Of a stretch of DNA of 64,000 bases, positions 1 through 8,994 are shown in pieces (the stretch's first letter is position 1; the number at the start of each line of letters is the position of its first letter). Source of the DNA: an uncultured Ruminococcus sp. (GTDB lineage Bacteria; Bacillota; Clostridia; Oscillospirales; CAG-272). The notes below the pieces were generated by a model that saw only the letters and a program-made list of their open reading frames with translations, did no database searches and was not told the origin of the DNA. The stretch is from contig CAZUUA010000006.1 of assembly GCA_964623635.1 (NCBI GenBank), positions 14,386-78,385 of the forward strand, in the 5' to 3' direction. A program made the position numbers and the translations under genes.

Positions 1-544
1 GCTGGTGCTGAACGGACGGCTGTACAGCGGTGCTTCCGATATGGCCGGTGAGATCGGTCACGTGCGCATGGCAGACCACGGTCCCGTAGGCTATGGCAAG
101 GCAGGCTCCTTTGAAGGCTTTTGCAGCGGCGGTGGCCTAGCCCAGATCGGCAAGACCATCGCCATGGAACGGTTCCAGCAGGGCAAAAGCTGCTCCTATT
201 GCGAGAGCCTTGTCCACATGGACGAGATCACAGCCCGTTCCATCGCCATGGCCGCACGAGAGGGACATGAGGACGCCATCCACGTATACGACATTTGCGC
301 CGAAAAATTGGGTGCAGGATTGGCGATCCTTGTTGACGTGCTGAACCCGGAGCGGATCGTGCTGGGCTCTATCTATATGCGGGACAGTGCGCTGCTGTGT
401 GACCGGATGCAGGCGGTATTGCGGCGGGAATGCTTGCCTCTGTCGTACAAGGCAGTGGAAGTGGTGCCTGCTATGCTGGAAGAAAACATCGGCGATATCG
501 CAGCCCTGACTGTAGCCGCCGAAGGGCACACCTGGACTCTGTGA
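1..544 (+). CDS. ROK-family protein (sugar kinase/regulator family), C-terminal ~180 aa; 5' end outside the window
   Basis: The frame is open to the window edge and stops at 542-544. It contains the ROK hallmark MAGEIGH followed by a Gly-rich GFCSGGG segment. The next same-strand gene starts 22 nt downstream. Confidence 0.7.
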   Translation, partial: LVLNGRLYSGASDMAGEIGHVRMADHGPVGYGKAGSFEGFCSGGGLAQIGKTIAMERFQQGKSCSYCESLVHMDEITARSIAMAAREGHEDAIHVYDICAEKLGAGLAILVDVLNPERIVLGSIYMRDSALLCDRMQAVLRRECLPLSYKAVEVVPAMLEENIGDIAALTVAAEGHTWTL

Positions 545-566
545 CTTAAGAAAGGATATACATGCC

Positions 567-1205
567 ATGGAAATACAGATTTTGACAGACCGCTATCCCA
601 GCCTGACCGTGTGTGCCGGGGATATCGTAGCTGCCTATGAAAAGATGCTGGCTTGCTGTCAAAGCGGCGGTAAGATGCTGTTTTGCGGTAACGGCGGCAG
701 TGCGGCCGATGCAGAACATATCGTAGGGGAACTGATGAAGGGCTTTCTTTTGAAGCGTCCACCGGTACAAAAGGACAGAGACGCCTTTGCCGCCTGTTTC
801 CCGGAGGATGCTGCCTATTTTGCCGCCAACCTGCAGCGTGGGATCCCGGCCATTTCGCTGGTGTCCCAGAGCGCTGTACAGACCGCATTCAACAACGATG
901 TTGCCGCCGACATGGTCTACGCCCAGCAGGTGTACGGCTACGGACGACCGGGAGATCTGGTCATGGGGATCACCACCTCCGGCAATTCGAAAAATGTTGT
1001 GAACGCCATGAAGGTGGCAAAGTCCATGGGACTGACCACCATCGGTCTCACCGGTGCCAAGGAATCGGCGCTGTCTGCCATTTGTGACGTGACCATCCGG
1101 GTACCACAGACCGAGACCTATATGGTACAGGAGCTGCATTTGCCGGTATACCATTGGCTTTGTGCCGCACTGGAAGACACCATCTTTGCCGCTGACGAAC
1201 AGTGA
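567..1205 (+). CDS. SIS-domain sugar-phosphate isomerase, GmhA (phosphoheptose isomerase)-like
   Basis: 212 aa. Motifs LFCGNGGSAADAEHIVGEL and ITTSGNSKNVVNAMKVAK are typical of the GmhA/SIS family. The ATG is preceded by AAAGGA. Confidence 0.75.
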   Translation: MEIQILTDRYPSLTVCAGDIVAAYEKMLACCQSGGKMLFCGNGGSAADAEHIVGELMKGFLLKRPPVQKDRDAFAACFPEDAAYFAANLQRGIPAISLVSQSAVQTAFNNDVAADMVYAQQVYGYGRPGDLVMGITTSGNSKNVVNAMKVAKSMGLTTIGLTGAKESALSAICDVTIRVPQTETYMVQELHLPVYHWLCAALEDTIFAADEQ

Positions 1206-1217
1206 GGAGGTACACTT

Positions 1218-3287
1218 ATGTTTCCCAAACGAGCCAAATGGATCACGCCGCCGCTGTTTGCCCACCTGATCCCCATGGCAGAACCGGATCCCAAGGACAG
1301 CCCGGAGGCCTACCAGAATCTGCACTATCGTTTCTCAAAGACGGTGCAGATCGACGATCCTGCCGACTGCACACTGTCCATCACCGCCGACGACTATTAT
1401 GTGCTGTCCATCAACGGCGAGTACGTGTGTCAGGGACCGGCGCCATCGTACCTGTTCCGCTATGACTGGAACCGGGTGGACGTTTCCGGGTATCTGCGCC
1501 ACGGCAACAATGCGATCACCATCGATGTGTACTACCAGGGCCTGTACAACCGGGTGTGGGAAAGTGCCGACCTGCGCTGTGGACTGCTGGCAGAGCTGAC
1601 CAAGGGTGGTACTGTACTGACCGCCACCGATGCAAGCTGGGACTGTCAGGAAGACAAACGCTACACCGCCAAACGCCACACCGGCTATCACACCCAGTTT
1701 TTGGAAGACATGGATCTGCGCATTCCTTTGGGGAATACCGAGAAGGCCGCCGAGCTGCCACGGGATGTGACCGGTGCCTATACCCTGGCAGACAAGCCCA
1801 CCTTCACCATCGCCATCACGGAGATGGAGCCGGAAAAAGAGTGGATGCTACTGCCGGATGGAGAAAAGCGTCCCCACGGCGGTATGCTGTACGACTTTGG
1901 CCGTGAGATCGCCGCACACCTGAAGCTGACTCTGGTGGGACACGACGGAGACACCGTTTGCATTCGCTGTGGAGAAGAGCTGAACGGTGACGTGGATTAC
2001 GACGCTGCCGTGGCAGAGGTGGGTGTGCGGTACGAGATGCGCTGCAACTGCACCTATGAAGAAGTGATCACGCTGGCAGAAGGCAAGAATACCATCAGAC
2101 AGTACGATTACAAAACCTTCCGCTATGTGGAGATCTGTGCACTGTCCGGCGCTCCTGCTTGGGAAGTGACGGCAGACGCCCGCTATGCACCCTTTGATTA
2201 CGACCACTGCCGTCTGGAGACCAACGATCCCCGACTGGAAGCGGTGTTTGCCATTTGTAAAGAAGGCGTGAAGGTGGGTTCCCAGGAGATCTTTATGGAT
2301 TGCCCGTCACGCGAAAAGGGACAATACGCCGGAGACCTGACCATCACCTCGCACTCCCATCTGTGGCTCACCGGAGACGTGACCATGCTGGAGAGAGCCA
2401 TTGTAGCCCAGCTGGATTCGGCACGGTATTTCCCCGGTATTCGTGCCGTGACCCCCGGTGCACTGGATCAGAAGATCGCCGACTACTCCCTGCAGCTGCC
2501 CATTTTGTTAAAGCGCCATTACGATTTCACCGGCAACGTGGAATTTCTCCGTGCTGCCATGCCGACACTTGTCGGGATGATCGACTACTTCAAAGGCTTC
2601 ATGAACGAGGATGGTCTGCTGACAGAGCTGGACACCATGTGGAATTTAGTGGACTGGCCGAAGAACCTGCGGGACGGCTACGATTTTGTGCTGGAACCTA
2701 CACCGGAGCCGGGTCCCCACTGTGTGCTCAATGCCTTCTGGACAGGCTGTCTGTACGGCTATGAGGAGCTGTGCCGGATCGCCGGTACCGCTTACGAACC
2801 CTTGGCAGACCGGGTGAAGGCAGCGTTTAATGCGGCATTCTTTGACGAAGCAGAAGGGCGCTACCACGACAGCACCAAGACCAGTCATGCCGCCCTGCAG
2901 TCCAACTGTATTCCCCTGTACTACGGCATTTGTCCGGACGGCAGAGAAGGGGACGTGGCGCAGTTTGTGATAGACAAGGGCATATGCGCCGGTGTGTACG
3001 TGACCTATTTCCAACTCCACGGACTGTGTCGTGCCGGATACTACAACGAGGCCTACGACCTGCTGACCTGTGACAAGGCATGGATGAACATGGTCCGAGA
3101 AGGCGCTACCACCTGCTATGAAGCCTGGGGGAAGGAACAAAAGTGGAACACGTCCCTGTGTCACCCCTGGGCAAGCGCACCGATCTCGGTGGTACTGGAA
3201 GGCTTCTTAGGCTATCACCTGGACGGCAGACGCACCGAACCGCATTTGCCCGATGGGGTATATGCCTACGGAGACATCCGCCGGTGA
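1218..3287 (+). CDS. GH78-like (alpha-L-rhamnosidase family) six-hairpin glycosidase, no signal peptide
   Basis: 689 aa. The N-terminal region resembles the rhamnosidase N-domain (YYVLSINGEYVCQG...VDVSGYLRHGNNAITIDV). The central MDCPSREKGQYAGD resembles the DCPxRE(R/K)xGWxGD motif of GH78. GGAGG lies 7 nt upstream of the ATG. Confidence 0.6.
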   Translation: MFPKRAKWITPPLFAHLIPMAEPDPKDSPEAYQNLHYRFSKTVQIDDPADCTLSITADDYYVLSINGEYVCQGPAPSYLFRYDWNRVDVSGYLRHGNNAITIDVYYQGLYNRVWESADLRCGLLAELTKGGTVLTATDASWDCQEDKRYTAKRHTGYHTQFLEDMDLRIPLGNTEKAAELPRDVTGAYTLADKPTFTIAITEMEPEKEWMLLPDGEKRPHGGMLYDFGREIAAHLKLTLVGHDGDTVCIRCGEELNGDVDYDAAVAEVGVRYEMRCNCTYEEVITLAEGKNTIRQYDYKTFRYVEICALSGAPAWEVTADARYAPFDYDHCRLETNDPRLEAVFAICKEGVKVGSQEIFMDCPSREKGQYAGDLTITSHSHLWLTGDVTMLERAIVAQLDSARYFPGIRAVTPGALDQKIADYSLQLPILLKRHYDFTGNVEFLRAAMPTLVGMIDYFKGFMNEDGLLTELDTMWNLVDWPKNLRDGYDFVLEPTPEPGPHCVLNAFWTGCLYGYEELCRIAGTAYEPLADRVKAAFNAAFFDEAEGRYHDSTKTSHAALQSNCIPLYYGICPDGREGDVAQFVIDKGICAGVYVTYFQLHGLCRAGYYNEAYDLLTCDKAWMNMVREGATTCYEAWGKEQKWNTSLCHPWASAPISVVLEGFLGYHLDGRRTEPHLPDGVYAYGDIRR

Positions 3288-3322
3288 ATACCGTTACCGC
3301 TTAACAAAAAGGAGGATACCAA

Positions 3323-4225
3323 ATGGAATCCGGTATCGTTTTCAATATACAAAAATTCTCGATCCACGACGGCCCCGGCATCCGCACCAATGTGTTTCTC
3401 AAGGGCTGTCCCCTGCGCTGTCTCTGGTGCCACAATCCGGAGGGACTGGAAGCGGCACCGGAGGTCGAATTCGAGGGAACAAAATGCATCGGCTGCGGCG
3501 CCTGTGGGATCTGTGAACAGCACAGCCATCTTTTCTCCGAAGAGAGAGGGCACATCTACGACAGAGAACACTGCATCCGCTGCGGCAAGTGCGTGGAGGT
3601 CTGTCCGGCTGTGGCGCTGAAAATGGCTGGCACCCGGCAGACCGTGGATGAGGTGATCGCCAAGGTGCTTGCAGACAAACCCTTCTACGACAAAAGTGGC
3701 GGTGGCATGACCCTGTCCGGTGGAGAACCGCTATACCAGCCTGCCTTTGCTCTGGCACTGCTGCAGGAAGCCAAAAAGCAAGGTCTGCACACCGCCATCG
3801 AAACCTCCGGCTTTGCGTCCGAAGCGGTGTTCACGTCCATTTTGCCCTACACGGATCTGGTGCTACTGGACTACAAGGTGACCGGTGAGGACGAACACAA
3901 AAAGTACACCGGCGTACCCCAGACACCGATTTTGGCGAACTTAGCCAGAGCCGACGCCGCCGGGGTAGACATCGTACTGCGCTGTCCCCTGATCCCCGGT
4001 GTCAATATGCAGGAGGATCACTACAGAGCCATTGCGGAGACCGCCGACAAATACAGTCACATCCTCCGTGTGGATCTGGAACCGTACCATACACTGGGTA
4101 CCGGCAAGCTGTCTCGACTGGGCAAGGCGGACGGCTTTGTCACCACCATGCCGGAAAAGGACGAAATGGAACAGATCCGGCAGCATATCCAGTCCATGTG
4201 CCAAAAGGAAGTTTGCGTGAGCTGA
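3323..4225 (+). CDS. Glycyl-radical enzyme activating protein (radical SAM, with two extra ferredoxin-type clusters)
   Basis: 300 aa. N-terminal FSIHDGPGIRTNVFLKGCPLRCLWCHNPE carries the GRE-activase signature and CxxxCxxC. Two more Cys motifs follow: CIGCGACGICE and CIRCGKCVEVCP. AAAGGAGGA lies upstream of the ATG. Confidence 0.85.
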   Translation: MESGIVFNIQKFSIHDGPGIRTNVFLKGCPLRCLWCHNPEGLEAAPEVEFEGTKCIGCGACGICEQHSHLFSEERGHIYDREHCIRCGKCVEVCPAVALKMAGTRQTVDEVIAKVLADKPFYDKSGGGMTLSGGEPLYQPAFALALLQEAKKQGLHTAIETSGFASEAVFTSILPYTDLVLLDYKVTGEDEHKKYTGVPQTPILANLARADAAGVDIVLRCPLIPGVNMQEDHYRAIAETADKYSHILRVDLEPYHTLGTGKLSRLGKADGFVTTMPEKDEMEQIRQHIQSMCQKEVCVS

Positions 4226-4307
4226 CCGATTTGCGTTACGCTTACCAGTCTGCGTAAGCCGACCATGGACAAAAGGAACCCATTTCGAATACATAAGGAG
4301 AGAAAAT

Positions 4308-4865
4308 ATGCTAACATTTCGGAAGGCGACCATGGCAGACGTGCCGATCCTGGAGGTGCTGTACGAAAAGGGCAGAGCCGCCATTGCCACCTTTGGTATC
4401 GACCAGTGGCAAAACGGCTACCCTGCCAAAGCCGATATTGTAAAGGACATTGTAGAGAATATTTTGTGGGTCAGTGAAGATACCGATGTGCCCGGCCAGA
4501 TCGCATCGGTATTCGCACTGCTGTTGGACGGTGAGCCCACCTATGACACGATCGTAGGCGATGACGAAAGACCGGTCGGCGCCTGGTGTACGGGAGACAG
4601 CCACAACTATGCCGCCATTCACCGGATCACCGTGTCGCCGGAATTTCGTGGTCGTGGAATCGCCGGGCAGACTATGGCCTTTGGGATCCAAAAGGCAAAG
4701 GAAGCCGGAAAGACCAGTCTGCGGATCGACACCCACCGTGGCAATCTTGCCATGCGTGGGATGCTAACGAAGAACGGCTTTACCCATTGCGGCACCATTT
4801 TCTTGAAAAGCGGTGAGAAACGAGTGGCGTATGAAACCGTGTTTTCCACCGATGTTCAGGCGTAA
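4308..4865 (+). CDS. GNAT-family N-acetyltransferase
   Basis: 185 aa. Acetyl-CoA binding motif HRITVSPEFRGRGIAGQTM (Q/RxxGxG/A). AAGGAGAG RBS. Confidence 0.8.
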   Translation: MLTFRKATMADVPILEVLYEKGRAAIATFGIDQWQNGYPAKADIVKDIVENILWVSEDTDVPGQIASVFALLLDGEPTYDTIVGDDERPVGAWCTGDSHNYAAIHRITVSPEFRGRGIAGQTMAFGIQKAKEAGKTSLRIDTHRGNLAMRGMLTKNGFTHCGTIFLKSGEKRVAYETVFSTDVQA

Positions 4866-4923
4866 CCGTGAGAATGTGTAAAAACTATATGTAAATCGTG
4901 GAAAAGTTTGTCGTATTTAGACG

Positions 4924-4952
4924 TTTACAAATTGTCCATGATTTGGTATACT
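4924..4952 (+). promoter_or_regulatory. sigmaA-type promoter of the pyrR-pyrP operon
   Basis: TTTACA (4924-4929), a 17-nt spacer, then TATACT (4947-4952), preceded by TGG. Confidence 0.55.
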
Positions 4953-4994
4953 AATAGCAGAAATTTTTTAACAGAGTTTTGGGGACTCACAGGT

Positions 4995-5110
4995 GCCAAG
5001 GTGGCATTTGCGGTACAGAGATGCCGGAAAGATTTCATTCTATAATAGGACTTTGTCGAAAAGTCAGTTGTTTCTTGAAATCTTGTCGTGGCAGGCAGGA
5101 TTTTTTCTTT
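4995..5110 (+). promoter_or_regulatory. PyrR-type transcription attenuator (binding hairpin plus intrinsic terminator) in the pyrR leader
   Basis: Hairpin GGCAT(5003-5007)/ATGCC(5021-5025) presents ACAGAGAUGCC, which resembles the PyrR box (UCCAGAGAGGCU). A downstream terminator hairpin at 5077-5104 runs into a T6 tract. The leader sits directly upstream of pyrR. Confidence 0.5.
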
Positions 5111-5142
5111 GCGATCTACCCCGGCAAAAGGAGGACACACCG

Positions 5143-5688
5143 ATGCTCGTCATCAAATCGGAGATCATGGATGAAGCGGCCATGCGCCGTTCGCTGGTGC
5201 GGATCACCCATGAGATCATCGAACGCAACCGTGGGACGGCGGACCTGTGCCTCATTGGGATCCGGCGGCGTGGGGCAGTGCTTGCCGACCTACTCTCTGC
5301 CAATATCGAAAAGTTTGAAGGGACATCCGTGCCGGTAGCGTATATCGATATCACCCGATACCGGGACGACTTGACCGAGCTCCCGGCCGGTATCCGTGTG
5401 GCAGGAGACAGCATTCCCTTTGACATCACCGGAAAGCGTGTGGTGCTGGTGGACGACGTGATCTACACCGGTCGTACCGCACGTGCCGCCATCGAAGCTG
5501 TGTTTTCCCACGGCAGGCCATCGTCCATCCAGCTGGCGGTGCTCATCGACCGGGGACATAGAGAGCTGCCCATTCGTCCGGATTTTGTGGGTAAGAACAT
5601 TCCTACGTCCAAGGAAGAAGTGGTGTCCGTTCGGGTACAGGAATTCGACGGCTCCACCGGTGTATCCATCTGCGCCAAGAGCGAGTAG
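5143..5688 (+). CDS. pyrR: Bifunctional pyrimidine operon attenuation regulator / uracil phosphoribosyltransferase PyrR
   Basis: The start is taken at the internal ATG 5143 ([14 protein letters not shown]...), which has AAAGGAGGA 7 nt upstream. PRPP motif [17 protein letters not shown]. About 181 aa, as expected for PyrR. Confidence 0.9.
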   Translation: MLVIKSEIMDEAAMRRSLVRITHEIIERNRGTADLCLIGIRRRGAVLADLLSANIEKFEGTSVPVAYIDITRYRDDLTELPAGIRVAGDSIPFDITGKRVVLVDDVIYTGRTARAAIEAVFSHGRPSSIQLAVLIDRGHRELPIRPDFVGKNIPTSKEEVVSVRVQEFDGSTGVSICAKSE

Positions 5689-5751
5689 ACGTCATATATC
5701 ATTTTTAGTGTTAACAATTCTATTTGCCACTAAAATGGCAGGAGGTTCATT

Positions 5752-7221
5752 ATGGCTAAAGAAAAAATGCAGATCGGTGCAGAAGGTATCTACGATGCCC
5801 GACAGCTGGGTATCCCACGGATGCTGATCTTAGGCTTCCAGCATATGTTCGCCATGTTCGGTGCAACGGTGCTGGTACCGTTGCTGACCGGGCTGGACGT
5901 AGCAACTACGCTGCTGTGTGCCGGTCTTGGTACGCTGCTGTTCCACCTGATCACCGGCATGAAGGTACCGGCGTTCCTGGGTTCGTCCTTTGCCTTCTTG
6001 GGTGGCTACGGTGCCATCGCTCCTCTGGCTGGCAACGGCACCATGACCAATGAACAGCTTTTGCCCTACGCTTGTCTGGGCGTGGCTTGTGCCGGTGTCA
6101 TCTACCTGATACTTGCGGCACTGATCAAGTTTGCCGGTGCGGAACGTGTTATGCGCTTCTTCCCACCGGTGGTAACAGGTCCCATCATCATCGCCATCGG
6201 TCTGGGTCTGGCCGGTTCTGCTGTCAGCAACTGTCAGACCAACTGGGGCATTGCCCTGATCGCCCTGATCATCGTCATCGCTTTCAATATCTGGGGTCGT
6301 GGCATGGCAAAGATCGTACCCATCCTGCTGGGTGTTGTAGGCTCCTGCGGCGTAGCTGCACTGCTGGCGCTGATCTGCGGTGAGACCATCACGGCCTCCG
6401 ACGGCGCCCAGTACATCACCGTGGCCGGCAACGAAAGCATGAAGCTGTTCTCCGTGTCCGCTCTGGAAAACTTCAAGAGCGCAGCTTGGATCGGCTTCCC
6501 CATCAAGTGGAGCCACACCGTGTTCGGTGGCGTAGACTGGAGCAACACCTCTTTAGTGGTATCCTCCATCGTAGCCATCATGCCCATCTCTCTTGCCACC
6601 ATGATGGAGCATATCGGTGACATCTCTGCCATCAGCTCCACCGTAGGCCGCAACTATATCGCCGACCCCGGTCTCCATCGTACCCTGACCGGTGATGGTC
6701 TGGCAACCTCTCTGGCTGCGCTGTTCGGCGCTCCTGCCAACACCACCTATGGCGAAAATACCGGTGTGCTGGCGCTGTCTCGTGTATATGACCCTCGTGT
6801 GATCCGTATTGCCGCTGTGATCGCTACGCTGCTGTCCTTCTCTCCCAAGTTCGCAGCCCTTGTGAGCCTGATCCCCTCTGCTGTCATCGGCGGTATCTCC
6901 TTCATGCTGTACGGTATGATCTCCGCTGTGGGTGTGCGCAACGTGGTGGAAAATCAGGTGGACTTCACCAAGAGCCGGAACCTGATCATCGCCGCCATCA
7001 TCCTGGTGTCTGCCCTGGGTCTGGGTTCTGTATCCTTCGGTATCGGTTCTCTGACCATCACCCTGTCCGCTCTGGCCTGTGCATCCATCGCCGGTATCGT
7101 GCTGAACGCCGTGCTGCCCGGCAATGACTACAGCTTTGGCACCAGCCGTGACGGTGACGAAGCTGTCAGCTTCCAGATGAAGGCCGACCACAAGGACGCC
7201 AACGACGCCAACGAAAAGTAA
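5752..7221 (+). CDS. pyrP: Uracil/nucleobase permease (NCS2 family)
   Basis: 489 aa polytopic membrane protein. The N-terminus GFQHMFAMFGATVLVPLLTG is typical of UraA/PyrP. It lies immediately downstream of pyrR. GGAGG RBS. Confidence 0.8.
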   Translation: MAKEKMQIGAEGIYDARQLGIPRMLILGFQHMFAMFGATVLVPLLTGLDVATTLLCAGLGTLLFHLITGMKVPAFLGSSFAFLGGYGAIAPLAGNGTMTNEQLLPYACLGVACAGVIYLILAALIKFAGAERVMRFFPPVVTGPIIIAIGLGLAGSAVSNCQTNWGIALIALIIVIAFNIWGRGMAKIVPILLGVVGSCGVAALLALICGETITASDGAQYITVAGNESMKLFSVSALENFKSAAWIGFPIKWSHTVFGGVDWSNTSLVVSSIVAIMPISLATMMEHIGDISAISSTVGRNYIADPGLHRTLTGDGLATSLAALFGAPANTTYGENTGVLALSRVYDPRVIRIAAVIATLLSFSPKFAALVSLIPSAVIGGISFMLYGMISAVGVRNVVENQVDFTKSRNLIIAAIILVSALGLGSVSFGIGSLTITLSALACASIAGIVLNAVLPGNDYSFGTSRDGDEAVSFQMKADHKDANDANEK

Positions 7222-7237
7222 TCCATAGGATATATCG

Positions 7238-7275
7238 GGTGCAGGTCTGCTGTATAGTAGGCTTGCACCTTTTTT
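7238..7275 (+). terminator. Intrinsic terminator after pyrP
   Basis: GGTGCAGG/CTTGCACC stem followed by T6. Confidence 0.7.
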
Positions 7276-7454
7276 GTGTCGTTTCCGGTGTTGTTTTATC
7301 CTAACGTAGGAAAAATTGACAGGAATACTTGCTTTTTTGTAGCAAATATGGTATACTGTTGGCAGCATGGCAGACAATACCATAGGTGAATTCTGTGGTG
7401 CTAAAAGCGTTCCGGAAATATTCCGTGGATGCTGTGACCAAAGGAGAGTATGAC

Positions 7455-8945
7455 ATGAAAACGAAAAAATGGCTGACACTTTTGTTGGTGGCGGCAATGC
7501 TGACCGGGGCGCTTTCTGCCTGCGGAGAGTCCGCTGATGTGGAAACAGAATCCAGTACCGACCCAGCCGGCGTGGCAGAGACAAAGGAAACAGAGTCTGC
7601 CGATCCCTTTGTCGAGATGGATCTGGGTGGGATTGACATCCGTATGATGGTATCCGACCGGGAGATCGACAATTTGACCTCCTCCATCACCATCATCCAA
7701 CACGGAGAGGAGCTGACCGGTGAAGTGGTGTCCGATGCCGTGTACAACCGGAATATGCTGGTGGAAGAAATGCTGAACATCCACCTGTGCTTTGAGCCCA
7801 ATACACAGATCGAGACGGAGATCCCGGCTACCATCACTCAGCTCATCACCGCCGGAGACGATGCCTATGAGCTGATCATCCATGAGCTGTTTCCGCTGGC
7901 AACCTTGTCCGTGCAGAACCATTTCTACAACGTATACGACGTACCCAATCTGGATTTCACCAAGGAATACTGGTATGAAGACTATATGCGGGACGTGTCC
8001 TTTGATTCGGATACCCAGCGGTATATTTTGGCAGGAGACTATTTCCTGGACATCCTGCGCTCTGCCCATGCCCTGTACTTCAACAAAGACCGCTTCAACG
8101 ACCTGTACGGCGCACCGGAGGATCTTTATGACTTGGTGCTGGCAGGGAACTGGACGTACGATGTGTTCTTAGAATATGCCAACGGTGCGTATCAAGATGT
8201 GAACGGCGATGGTCAGCACGATGCCAACGACCTGTACGGCTTCAGTACCAACGGCTATTGGGGTCCCATCATTCCTTGGGTCATCGGTGCGGACATCACC
8301 TTCCTGTCGTACCGGGAAGATGGTTCGCCCTACTTTGATATGAACAACGAACGCTCTGTCAAGCTGCTGGAAAGACTGAACGAGATCTTCTACGGCGAAG
8401 GCGCCTACAACTACGGCGGCGATTTCCAGACGGCCTTTATGAACGGTTCGGCCTTGTTTGGCGGCTATCTCCGTGTGGCGCATATGGAGACCTTCCGGGA
8501 CATGGAAGCGGATCTGGGTGTGCTGCCGATCCCAAAGATGGACGACACACAGCCCAAGTACATCACATCCTCCCACGATACCACCAGCATCGGGGTCATT
8601 CCCATCACCTGTACAAGGCTGTCGGAGATCGGTGCCGTGCTGGAGGTTATGTCCAGAGAATCGGCAATCAGCGTGATCCCGGCATATTATGAGACCTCGC
8701 TGAAGACCAAATATGTCCGGGACGACCAGTCTGCCCAGATCTTAGACCTGATCCGCCAGAATATCTCCTGCGTGTTCCCGGTGGCGTTCGGCAACTACTG
8801 CAACGATACAGCGATCAAGAAAGCCTTCTCGGAACCGCTGACTGCCAGAAGCACCGATTTTGTGTCCAGCTACGTGAAGGCAGAAGGCACGGCGCAGGCC
8901 AAGCTGGATGAGCTGTGGGAGGCATTTTCCTCCATCGAAAACTGA
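7455..8945 (+). CDS. Extracellular solute-binding lipoprotein (large ABC-type SBP), orphan
   Basis: The start is taken at ATG 7455 (MKTKKWLTLLLVAAMLTGALSACGES), with AAGGAGAG upstream and lipobox LSAC. It is a paralogue of 31763..33226 (shared ...G(V/L)LP(I/A)PK... block). No permease or ATPase gene is adjacent. Confidence 0.7.
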   Translation: MKTKKWLTLLLVAAMLTGALSACGESADVETESSTDPAGVAETKETESADPFVEMDLGGIDIRMMVSDREIDNLTSSITIIQHGEELTGEVVSDAVYNRNMLVEEMLNIHLCFEPNTQIETEIPATITQLITAGDDAYELIIHELFPLATLSVQNHFYNVYDVPNLDFTKEYWYEDYMRDVSFDSDTQRYILAGDYFLDILRSAHALYFNKDRFNDLYGAPEDLYDLVLAGNWTYDVFLEYANGAYQDVNGDGQHDANDLYGFSTNGYWGPIIPWVIGADITFLSYREDGSPYFDMNNERSVKLLERLNEIFYGEGAYNYGGDFQTAFMNGSALFGGYLRVAHMETFRDMEADLGVLPIPKMDDTQPKYITSSHDTTSIGVIPITCTRLSEIGAVLEVMSRESAISVIPAYYETSLKTKYVRDDQSAQILDLIRQNISCVFPVAFGNYCNDTAIKKAFSEPLTARSTDFVSSYVKAEGTAQAKLDELWEAFSSIEN

Positions 8946-8994
8946 TTTTTCTATCCCTTGCACCCTGTAATTTCACCGCCGGAGGTTTTTTCCA

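Noticed and set aside
4993-5142. N-terminal extensions of the longest ORFs (pyrR from 4993, livM from 17141, livF from 19236, GRE from 25481, folT from 53170, folC from 52508, response regulator from 14962, pfkA from 33274, LOG from 34415, AraC from 41088)
   Set aside because: Internal starts have strong Shine-Dalgarno sequences and give family-typical N-termini. The extensions overlap upstream genes, promoters, the PyrR attenuator or the THF riboswitch.
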